DNA of 64,000 nucleotides, taken from assembly GCF_009914755.1 (NCBI RefSeq), contig NC_060947.1. One strand, 5' to 3'. The notes beneath the pieces were generated by a model that worked only from the letters and a program-made list of their open reading frames with translations, had not been told where the DNA came from and searched no databases. Of this stretch, positions 1 through 11,429 are shown piece by piece; position 1 is the stretch's first letter, and each line of letters opens with the position of its first letter. A program made the position numbers and the translations under genes. The DNA comes from the human T2T-CHM13v2.0 reference genome, Homo sapiens.

Positions 1-976
1 CCACACAATAATAGTGGAAGACATTAATACACCACTGCCAGTATTAGACAGATCATCAAGACAAAAGATTAACAAAGATATTGAGGACTTGAAGTCAGCT
101 CTGGACCAAATAGACCTAATAGATATCTACAAAACTCTCCACTCCAAAACAACAGAATATCCATTTTTATCGGTGTCACATGGCACCTACTCTAAAATTA
201 ACCACATAATTGGACATAAAACATGCCTCAGCAAATGCAGAACTGAAATCATAACAAATGGTCTCTCAGACCACACTGCAATCAAGTTAGAACTCAAGAT
301 TAAGAAACCCACTCAAAGCCACACAACTACCTGGAAATTGAACAACCTGTTCCTGAATGTCTTCTGGGTAAATAATGCAGTGAAGGCAGAAATTAAGAAG
401 TTCTTTGAAACCAATGAGAACAAAGATACAATGTACCAGAATCTCTAAGATGCAGCTAAAGCAGTGGTAAGAGGAAAATTTATATCACTAAATGCCCATA
501 TCAAAAAGCTAGAAAGATCACAAATTGACACCCTAACATCACAACTAAAAGAACTAAAGAACCAAGAACAAACAAATCCCAGAGCTAGAAGAAGACAAGA
601 AATAACCAAGCTCAGAGTGGAACTGAAGGAGATAGAGACAAAAAACTCTTTTAAAAAATCAACGAATCCAGGAGCTGTTTTTTTGAAAAAAATTAACAAA
701 ATAGATTGCTAGCTAGACTAAAGAAGGAAAGAGAAAATATTCAAATAAACACAATCAGAAATGATAAAGGGAATACCACCACTGACCCTCCAGATATGCA
801 AACAACCATCAGAGAATACTATAAACACCTCTATGCAAAAAACTGGAAAATCTAGAATAAATGGATAAATTCTTGAACACATACACCCTCCCAAGACTGA
901 ACCAGGAGGAAGTTGAATCCCTGAATAGACCAATAACAATTTCTGAAACTGAGGCAGTAATAAATAGCCTACCAAC

Positions 977-1008
<32 letters not shown>

Positions 1009-3400
1009 CCCAGGTCCAGATGGATTTACAGGTGAATTCTACCAGAGGCACAAAGAGGAGCTGGTACCATTTCTTCTGAAACTATTCCAGGCAATTGTAA
1101 AGGAGGAAGTCCTCCCTAACTCATTTTATGAGGCCAGCATCATCCTGATACCAAAACCTTGCAGAGATACAACAAGAAAAGAAAACTTCAGGCTAATATT
1201 CCTGATGAACATCAATGTGAAAATTCTCAATAAAATACTGGCAAACTGAATTCAGCAGCACATCAAAAGCTTCTCCATGATGATCAGGTTGGCTTCATCC
1301 CTGGGATGCAAGGCTGGTTCAACATACACAAATCAATAAAGGTAATTCATCATATAAACAGAACTAAAGACAAAAACCACATGATTATCTCAATAGATGC
1401 AGAAAGGGCCTTCAATAAAATTCAACATATCTTCTTGTTAAAAACTTACAATAAACTAGGTATTCATGGAACATATCTAAAATACTAAGAGCCATTTACG
1501 ACAAACCCACAGCCAATATCATACTGAATGGGCAAAAGCTGGAAGCATTCCCCTTGAAAGCCAGCACAAGACAAGGATGCCCTCTCTCACCACTCTTATT
1601 CAACATAGTATTGGAAGTTCTAGCCAAAGCAATTAGGCAAGGGAAAAAAAAATAAATGGTATTCAAATAGGAAGAGAGGAAGTCAAATTGTCTTTGTTTG
1701 CAGATGACATGATTCTATATCTGGAAAATGCCATGAACTCAGCCTCAAATCTTCTTAAGATGATAAGCAACTTCAGCAAAGTCTCAGGATACAAAACCGA
1801 TGTGCAGAAATCACAGGCATTCCTATACACCAACAACAGACAGAGAGTCAAATCATGAATGAACTCTCATTCACAATGGCCACAAAGAGAATAAAATACC
1901 TAGGAATATAGCTAACAAGGGAAGTGAAGGACCTCTTTAAGGAGAACTACAAACCAGTGCTCAAGGAAATCAGAGAGGACACAAGCAGACGGAAAAACAT
2001 TCCATGCTCATGGATAGGAAGAATCAATACTGTGAAAATGGCCATACTGCCCAAAGCAATTTATAGATTCAATGCTATTCACATTAACCTACCATTGATA
2101 TTCTTCACAGAATTAGAAAAAATCTATTTTAAAATTCATATGAAACAAAAAAAAGAGCTTTATAGCTAGGACAATCCTAAGCAAAAAGAACAAAGCTGGA
2201 ACCATCACACTACCCGACTTCAAAATATACTACAAGGCTACAGTAACCAAAAAAGCATGGTACTGATACAAAAACAGGCACATAGACCAACAGAACAAAA
2301 TAGAGAAGTCAGAAATAAAACTGCACATCTACAACCTGACAAAAACAAGCAATGAGGAAAGGATTACCTATTTAACAAATTGGTTCTGGGAGAACTGGGT
2401 AGCCATATGCAGAAAAGTGAAACTGGACCCCTTCCTTACACCTTATACAAAAATTAACTCAAGATGGATTAAAGACTTAAAAGTAAAACCCCAAACTATA
2501 AACGCCCTAGAAGAAAACCTAGGCAATACCATTCAGGACATAGGCATGGGCAAAGACTGTATGATGAAATCGTCAAAAGCAATGGCAACAAAAGCAAAAA
2601 TTGACAAATGGGATCTAATTAAACTAAAGAGCTGCTACACAGTAAAAGAGGCTATCATCAGAGCAAACAAACAACCTACAGAATGGGAGAAAAACTTTGC
2701 AATATATCCATCTGAGAAAGGTCTAATATTCAGAATCTACAAGGAACTTAAGCAAATTTCCAAGAAAAGAACAAATGAATCCATTAAAAAGTGGGCAAAA
2801 GACATGAACAGACACTTCTCAAAAAGACATATATGTGGTCAACAAACATATGAAAAAAAGCTCAACATTCACTGATCATTAGAGAGATGCAAATCAAAAC
2901 CACAATGAGATACCATCTCATGCCAGTCAGAATGGGGATTATTAAAAAGTCAAGAAACAACAGATGCTGGTGAGGTTGTGGAGAAATGGGAATGCTTTTA
3001 CACTGTTGAAGGGAATGTAAATTAGTTCAAGCATTGTGGAAGACAGTGTGGTGATTCCTCAAAAGTTTAGAACCAGAAATACCATTTGACCCAGCAACCT
3101 CATTACTGGGTATATACCCAAAGGAATATAAAGCATTCTACTATAAAGATATGTGTATACATATGTTTATTGCAGCACCATTCACTATAGCAAAGACATG
3201 TAATCAACCCAAATGCCCATCGATGATAGACTGGATAAAGAAAATGTGGTACATATACACCACGGAATACTATGCAGCCATAAAAAGGAACAAGGTCATG
3301 TCTTTGCAGGGACATGGAAGAAGCTGGAAGCTATTATCCTCAGCAAACTAATGCAGAAACAGAAAAACACCATATGTTCTCACTTATAAGAGGGAGCTGA
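1..3400 (+). pseudogene. Disrupted L1 ORF2 (endonuclease/reverse transcriptase) remnant
   Basis: Collinear ORF2p peptide fragments in different frames (14-448, 464-712, 861-1079, 1306-1488, 1924-2169, 2417-2875, 3151-3351) broken by stops and frameshifts. Confidence 0.93.
978..1006 (+). repeat. Poly(A)29 expanded inside L1 ORF2
   Basis: ccaacc(A)29gcccagg at the site of the short native L1 A-run. Confidence 0.95.
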
Positions 3401-3624
3401 ACAAGGAGGACACATGGACACAGGGAGGGGAACAACACACACTGGGGCCTATTGGGGGAGAGTGGGGGGGTGGCGCATTAGGGAAAAGAGTTAATGCATT
3501 CTTGGCTTAATACCTAGGTGATGGGTTGATCTGTGCAGCAAATCACCATGGCACACGTTTACCTATGTAACAAGCCTGCACATCCTGCACATGTACCTCA
3601 CAACTTAAAAAAATAATTGTTTTA

Positions 3625-4040
3625 AAACTTTCTTTTTATCTTTGGTTTTCATCAGTTTGACCATGGTGTATCTAGGTGTGATTTTGTTGACATTTATTTT
3701 TCTTTGGGTTCTCTGAGATTCTTGGATAAGTATTTTAATATAGTTCATTATTTATTAAAACTATCAGGGCTTATATCTTCACATATATGTTTAACACTAT
3801 TCCATCTTCTTTCTTTTCCTCCCCTTCCCTCTTTTGTCCTCTCCTTTCCTCCCTTCTCTTTCTGGGACTAGAGGTTAGAGCATTTGATACTGTTCCACAG
3901 TTTTGGAATGACCTTTCATATTTTTTCATGTTTTTATCTCTGTCTTTCAGTTTAGATAATTTATATTAACGTATCTTCCAGTTAACTGAGTTTGTCCTCA
4001 AAAGTGCTTAGTTTACTAATGGGTCCATTGAGGAAATTCT
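3625..4040 (-). mobile_element. Ancient mammalian L1 (L1M/L1ME-type) ORF1-region fragment
   Basis: 'tttggttttcatcagtttgaccatggtgtatctaggtgtg...ctctgagattcttgga' resembles antisense old-L1 ORF1. Confidence 0.65.
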
Positions 4041-4054
4041 TGGGTACCAGAAAC

Positions 4055-6570
4055 AAAAATAAAAAGATTGTTCATCATGACCAAGTGGGATTTATCCCTG
4101 GGATGCATATGCAAATCAATCACTGTGAAATGGCATATCAACAGAATGAAGGATAAAAACCATATGATCATTTCAATTGATGCCAAAAAAGCATTTGATA
4201 AAATTCAACATCCTTTCATGATACAAACTAAAAAAACTGGGTATAGAAGGAACATATCTCAGCATAATAAAAGCCAGTTATCACAGATCCACAGCTAGCA
4301 TCGTACTGAATGGGGAAAAACTGAAAGCCTCTTCTTTAAGATCTGGAAAAAGATAAGGTGCCCACTTTCATCACTGTTATTCAACATAGTACTGGAAGTC
4401 CTAGCTAGAGCAATCAGACAAGAGAAATAAATAAACTACGTCCAAATTGGAAAGGAAGAACTCAAATTATCCTTGTTTGCAGAGGATATGTTCTTATATT
4501 TGGATAAACCTAAAGGCTCCACAAAAAAACTATTAGAACTGATAAATTCAGTACAGTTGCAGGATACAAAATCAACACACAAAAATGGGCAGCATTTCTA
4601 TATGCCATCAGCAAACAAACTGAAAAAGAAATCATGAAAGTAATCCCATATATCATAGTCACAAATAAAATAAAATACCTAGGAATAAACTTAACAGAAG
4701 AAGTAAAAGATCTCTACAATGAAAACTATAATACATTGAAAAGGACACTAAAATTGGAAAGATATCCCATATTCATGGATTACAAGAATCTATATTGTTA
4801 AAATATCTATACTACCCAAAGTAATCTACAGATTCTATGCAAGCCCTGTCAAAATACCAATGTCATTCTTCAGAGAAGTTTTCTAAAATTATATTCCTAA
4901 AATTTATATGGAACCACAAAATACCCAGAATAGCCAAAGCTATCCTGAGCAAAAAGAACAGAAGTAGAGGAATCACAATACTTGACTTCAAATTATACTA
5001 CAACGCTAACCAAACAACAAACAAAACCAAACATAACCAAAACAGCGTGGCACTGGCATAAAAACAGGCACATAGACTGATGTGACAGGATAGAGAACCC
5101 AAAAAGAAATGCGTACATATACAGCACACTCGTTTTCAAAAAGGTGCCAAGAACATGTATTAGGAAAAGGACAGTCTTCTCAATAAATGGTGCTGGATGT
5201 CCACATGCAGAAGAATAAAACTAGACCCCTATGTCTTGTCATATACAAAAATCAAAACAAAATGGACTAAAGATTTAAATTTAAGGCTGCAAACTATGAG
5301 ACTACTGAAGGAAAACATTGGGGAAACACTCCAGGATATTGGTCTGGGCAATAATTTCCTGAGTAGTACCCCAAAAGAACAGGCAACCAAAGCCAAAATG
5401 GGTCAATTTGGTCACATTAAGTTAAAATCTTCTTCATGATCAAGGAAACAATCAGCGAAGTGATGAGACAACCCACAGAATGGGAGAAAATATTTGCAAA
5501 CTACCCATCTGCAAGAGATTAGTAACCAGAATATATAAGGAGCTTGAACAACTATAGGAAAAATATCTGATTTTAAAATAGGCAAAAAATCTGAATAGAC
5601 ATTTCACAAAAGAAGACATAAAATGGCAAACAGGTATATGAAAAGGTGCTCAACATCATTGATCATCAAAGAAATGCAAATCAAAACTACAATGAGATGT
5701 CATCTCACCCCAGTTAGAATGGCTTTTATCCAAAAAAGAGGCAATAATGAACGCTGGTGAGTATGCAGAGAAAAGAGAACCCTCACACACTGTTGGAGGG
5801 GATGTAAATTAATACAGCCACTATGGAGAAAAGTGTAGAAGTTCCTCGGAATACTAAAAATAGAACTATCATATGATCCAGCATTCCCACTGCTAGGTGT
5901 ATATCCATATGGAAGGAAATCAGTATACAGAAGAGATAACTGCACTTTCATGTATATTGCAACACTATTCACAATAGTCAAGATGTGGAAACAATGTGTG
6001 TGTCCATCAACAGATGAATAGATAAAGAAAATGTGATACATATATACAATGGAGTACAATTTAGCCATGAAAAGAATCAGATCCTGTCATTTGCAACAAT
6101 ATGGATGTAACTGGAGGATATTATGTTAAGTGGAATAAGCCAGGCACAAAAAGACAAACTTTGCATGTTCTTACTCATTTTGGGGAGCTAAAAATGAAAA
6201 CAACTGAACTCAGGGAGATAGAGAGTAGAATGATGGCTACCAGAGGTGGGAAGGGTATGAGGGGTGAGGTGGGGAGAAGTGGTGATCGTTAATGGTTACA
6301 AAATTATGGTTAGATAGTTAGAATGAGTAAGAGCTAGTATTTGATAACACAACAGACTGACTACAGTCAACAATAATTTATTGCACATTTTAATATAAGT
6401 AAAAAAGTATAATTGGACTGTTTGTAACACAAAGAAGGGATAAATATTTTAGATGATGGATACCCCATTTATCCTGATGTAATTATTACACGATATGCCT
6501 GTATGAAAATATCTCATGTATGCCATATATACACCTACTATGCACCCACAATATTTAAAAATAAAAAATA
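4055..6570 (+). mobile_element. 5'-truncated LINE-1, L1MA3-like
   Basis: Starts in RT ([10 protein letters not shown]), continues through ORF2 3' part; L1MA-type 3'UTR 'ttgtaacacaaagaagggataaat...gatggataccccatttatcctgatgt...cacctactatgcacccaca' and A-rich tail. Confidence 0.92.
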
Positions 6571-8068
6571 CATCCTGAATTCCAAAAAATTACCAATGTC
6601 ATAGAGCTTTCCTTCTACGTTTTCTTCTAGTAATTTTATAGTTTCAGGTTTTATGTTTCAGTTCTTAATCCATTTTGAGTTGATTTTTGTATATGGTATG
6701 AATTGAGGATCTAATTCTATTATTTTGCATGTGGATATTCAGTTTTCCCAGCACCATTTATTTTCCCATTGTGTTTTCTAGGCATCTTTGTTCAAAATCA
6801 ATTGACCATAAATGTGTAGATTTGTTTCAGGCTCTCTTTTCTGTTCCATTGGTCAATATGTCTGTTTCTATGCCAGCATCATATTGTTTCAATTATTACA
6901 GTTTTGTAGTAGATTTCAGATCAAGTAGTGTGATGTCTCTGGGTTTGTTCATTTTGCTCAAGATTGCTTTCTTTATTTGAGGTCTTTTGTGGTTCTATGT
7001 AAATTTTAACATTGTTTTTCTATTTCTGTGAAAAATGTCATTGGAATTTTGACAGGGATGGTGTTGAATCTGTAGATCCCTTTGGGTAGTAGGGACATTT
7101 TAACAATATTAACCATATGGATTGCCCCGGAGCCTAGGTCCCTAAAGGCTAGCCTAGAAGATGGGCGTGCAAGTAGCGGCTTGGAGATTAGGTCCATGTG
7201 GGCTAGCCTGAGTTCTGGGGTTTTGGGGCCATCCTGGAACCTGGGTCCATAGTGACAGTCATGATGCCTGTCTCCATGGGGGCCCACCCAGCACTGAGGT
7301 CTACTGGGACAGTACTGAGCAGATCTATACCCTTGGTCTGCTGGTCTGGTCTGGAGGATGGGCTCATTGGGATTGACTTGGCACTGGGAAGGCCTTGAGA
7401 CTGTGCCCACAGGGCCTGGCCTGGTGTTGGGTAAATTTGGAGCCTATATCCACAAAATCCTGCCTGGAGACTGTCCATAGGTGCTGGCCTCATGACTTAG
7501 GCTGTGGAGATCAGCCTGGTGCTGAGGACGGCCTGAAACCTGAGGAAATGGGGGCCGACTCAATGCTGGGAGTGGTTTAGAACTCAGGGTTGCTAGGGCA
7601 GACTGGCCTGTGACAGGCCTGAAGCCTGAGTCCACTTGGCAGGCTTGGAGCCGGGGGCTGTTTGTTCCAAACTGGTACTGGGGCATGCCCAGAGACTCAG
7701 TGGAGGAGCCTAGAGTCTGGGGCTCTGGGGGCCTGCCTGGCATTGGGTTTTAGTGAGTCTGGTGTTGGGGTTTGTGACAAATCCAGTGCTCATTTCCTTC
7801 TCCCAAGCAAAGCTATCTCTTTCCATACTATGTTGACTGAGTTTTGGGGGAGAGATGACATGGGTAGTATAAAACTGTCCTTCCTATGCTCTTCAATGTG
7901 TCTTTTCTTATTTCTGTTTTGTATCTGGTGCTATGATCTCTCACCTGGTTTTCTCAGCTCTTGTGAAGATATTTTTGTGTGTGGACAGTTGTTCAAATTG
8001 ATGTTTCTGTGGTGGGCTGAGTGCCAGAAAGTCCTATTCTGCCATCTTGCTGACTTATGCCTCCTAGG
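6571..8068 (-). mobile_element. Internally deleted L1 (L1M2/L1MA-type): 5'UTR joined directly to the 3' part of ORF2
   Basis: 6590-7112 is antisense ORF2 ([32 protein letters not shown] in ORF 7006-7410); 7115-8068 is a GC-rich repetitive 5'UTR ending in 'ctattctgccatcttgct', the reverse complement of the L1 5' terminus (agcaagatggcagaatag). Confidence 0.8.
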
Positions 8069-8319
8069 AGTTTTTTGTTTTTTTTTTTTTTTTTTAACTA
8101 TAGTACATTTTTGAGTCAGAGTTTCTTAACCACAGTTTCATATTCTCCACAGGTTTTTCAAGTGGCACAAATTAATTTTGCCAAAAGGAATATACATCTT
8201 CTCTTAAAGGAGCATATTTTAACCAAATTAATTCTATAAATAGCAGGTCAATTTTAAGGCTTCTTTATATAGATGACATTTTTTCCCAAAACCACATAAA
8301 GAGTTTTGCGTTTCCACTC

Positions 8320-10476
8320 TCCTCAGTTACCTATGACTATGTAACAAACTTCTTCATAACTTAGTGGTTTAGAATGACAACAATTCATTATGATGACTAT
8401 GTGTATTGATTGTGCAGTTCTTTTGCTCTTTGCAGTGTTAGCTAGGCTCAGTTATGTGACTGCATTCAGTTAGTGCCTGGTCTAATATCTAAGGTTCATG
8501 AAGGCTTCTTTCTCATGACTGGGCCTTGATGTTGCTTATCACCTGGGGGGCATCAATTTTACTCCACGTGGGATCTTGCTGCATATGGCAGCTCGTTCTC
8601 TAGGGCCTTGCCACATGTCTTTTGTCTCCAGCATGACAGCTGAGAGTTTCTTACAGCATGGCAACTGGGTTCCAATGGAATAAAACAAACTACCACTGAA
8701 GTCCCAGGCCCAGAACTGGTACAGTGGAACTTCTGCTATATTATATTGGTCAAAGAAAGTCACAAACTAGCCTTGCTTCAAGAGAAGGGAAGCTAGACTC
8801 TAACACTTTATGAGAGTAACAGTATGCAAGTACAGAGAAAAGAATAATTTTCATGAACATAGTTGGAGACTATCTAACACAATTCACCCACTAGCCACAA
8901 CAACTCACATCCCTTCCATATGCAAAGTGCATTCAATGTCATTTTCAACAATATCATACCACTGTAGCATTAGCTCAAAGTCGAGGGTCTCATCATCTAA
9001 AATTAGTTCAGATGAGGATGAAGATCCTTAGGTGCAGTTTGTTGATTGCAGCTGCTTAGGTATAGTTTCTCTCAAACAAGAAAACTGTAAATTAAAAATG
9101 CACGTTATCTGTCCCCCAACATGCAAAGGTGAGATAAGAATAGGAAAATTACAACAGACACATCCATCCAAAGGAGGGGATGGAAGGCACACAGTGGTCA
9201 CTGGCCCATAGCAATTCTGAAATCCACCCAGCTACATTATGTCAGGACCCCATACTCTAGTAAACCTTACAGATTTTCTACTAATCAAATTATAATCTAC
9301 TCCATTAAATGAAAGCTTCACCTATAATTATTTTCTTAACAGGCTTTCTCTAAACTGGGCCATGAGTCGAAGTGCTGTGGAACAATGGCTTTATGAATTT
9401 TTAAAGCCCCTTTGTCCAGCTGAAAGAGGATTTTTGAGGCACTGCACTAAATCATTCAGCCTCACTTTTGATTTGATCTTGATCCTGAGGCCACAGTTTA
9501 CTGGTAGTATCCTGAATTTAATGTATTCCCCAAGTTTCCTTCAAACTAAAGTCTCTTAGCAATTGAAGAGACTGTCTTAAACTCTCTACATTTTCTCCAA
9601 ATCCTTATCAAAAACTTTAACAGTTTTTTCATTAGCCTATCTTTCTTTTGCAATACATCATACAGGGCTAAGAGAAGTCAATTGGCATCTTCAACATTCT
9701 TTCTGAAAATTTAGCCAAATACATAAGTTCATTGGATTCCTTGCTACAGGCAAGAGTATTGCCAAATATTCTAACAGTGCATAACTGATTCTCCCTTTGC
9801 CAGTCTCCAACAGCATTTTCCTTACTGCTCTTCTACTCTCTAACCTCTGCCCAGTCTCAAAGCTAATGTCACATGTCTAAGTTTTTTTTTTTTTTTTTTT
9901 TTTTTTGGCAAGACCCCAGACCAGATACAAAGGTCTATCCTGTTACTTATTGATAGGTAACAAACCACCCTTAAACTTAGTGTATGAAACAACTGCTATT
10001 TACTGTTTCTTATGATTCTGCAGGTTGATTGGTGATACTTACGTTCCATTAATGTCAGCTGGAATCACTCATGTTATTGCATGGGCTGGGCTGGAAGGCA
10101 CAAGATGGCTGCTCTTGCATTTCTGAGGTCTCAGTATTGACTGTCATTGAGGATTCAATTCTACCCAATATGTCTTCTCTCTATGTGGCAGCTTATCCTC
10201 CTCATTCTCTAGGGCCTTTCTACATATCCTCTTTCTCCAGCAGGCTAGCCTAGACTTTCTTATAGCATGACATCCGGGTCTCAAGAAAGCAAAGGTGAAA
10301 TCTGTCCCTGAAGGTGTAGGCCTGGAACTCGGAAAGTCACTGGCTAGCCTACATTCAAGGGAGAGGGAAATAGACTAGTTTTTAATGGGAGAAGTGGGAG
10401 CAGCATGCATATGCATATGAATATCGAGGAATAATTGGCAATTGCTGGTAACCATATTTGGGGACTGTCTAGTACA
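8320..10476 (-). mobile_element. ERVL-MaLR (old MLT1 family) proviral remnant: LTR - internal - LTR
   Basis: Two homologous LTRs (~8320-8880 and ~9935-10476) both start with 'gttac.tat(t)ga...gtaacaaac...aacttagtg' and end 'ggaga/ggggact.tcta..aca'; MLT1-int-like sequence lies between; candidate 5-bp TSD cactc (8315-8319) / cattc (10477-10481). Confidence 0.75.
9882..9906. repeat. Poly(T)25
   Basis: Direct count. Confidence 0.95.
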
Positions 10477-11429
10477 CATTCTTTAGCATGTAGCCAACAA
10501 AGAAGGATTTCAAATTTTCAAATTTCAAGTTCAACCTTTCAAAACGTCTGAACGTATAACCTAATGTTTTGCTTCCAGGTAGAAAGGGATCTGTTACATG
10601 CATATAAATGCCTTTAGGTAAATCTTACAATGTGCCTAAAATTATTCCTTGAGATTGAAGTTTTAAATACACAAAGCAAGGAGGTATGAAGGTTTGCATT
10701 TGACCTGGGAATGCAGTCAAAGTCTGGTTTTCAACTTGTGCTTTGGCTGCAGCCTTTGGAAGGCTAAATAGCCTCTTTCCTACTTTAACATCACATGAAA
10801 GATTGTGCAATTACCTAGGTTGCCATTATATATACTTAGTGTAATAACAATGGTAATACAAATAATAGTACAATAACAGTAAGGTTATTGGGATTTATAG
10901 TTAATTTCTTGATATTCACTTTCAAATATAGATAAGCATTTTGAGTGTAACATGAAGTTAAAATCTTGTTGTGTGCTTTATTTGTTGAAATTCTAACAGT
11001 CAATTGTAATATAAATGTGTATTTTTATTGCAGAAGTAAAATCCTATAATAATTAATGATGGCTGTGAAAGCCATTAATTTTTATGTATAGAACCATTAT
11101 TAAGAATTTTCAGAGTTAAATGAATAAGGAAAAAGGTTGACAGTTATTATAAATATTATGAAAATGCATGAGGAAAATAACATTAGAAAGAACACATTTT
11201 CTTTTTTGTCTAATAATTATTTATACAATTTGAATAATAATAAGACTGAAAAAAGAGATTAGATTACATATTAATTCAAATTTAGCAGAATTGTTTGGTG
11301 TATGAACAATTATAACACCAAATAAAATAAACTTTTAAGAACTTAAAGTTTAAGAATTTAAAATATTGCTATTTACTTCCATTTAGGCAAAACATTTTTA
11401 AAAAGCCTTATTGATAATTCGTCACATCT

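Larger units (their letters stand above)
1..3612 (+). mobile_element. LINE-1, primate L1PA (roughly L1PA10-14 age), ORF2 + 3'UTR; continues beyond the window start
   Basis: ORF fragments match L1 ORF2p ([45 protein letters not shown] at ~1690-1720, [20 protein letters not shown]); L1PA 3'UTR with G-rich tract at 3421-3483, 'gcagcaaatcaccatggcacacgtttacctatgtaac' and an A-rich end at ~3607. Confidence 0.96.

Noticed and set aside
14-3351. Several 60-150 aa ORFs with RT/endonuclease similarity as a functional gene
   Set aside because: They are fragments of one L1 ORF2 broken by stops and frameshifts
10815-10826. 'taggttgcca' as the left terminal inverted repeat of the hAT fossil
   Set aside because: No matching inverted copy or 8-bp TSD found downstream of 13140
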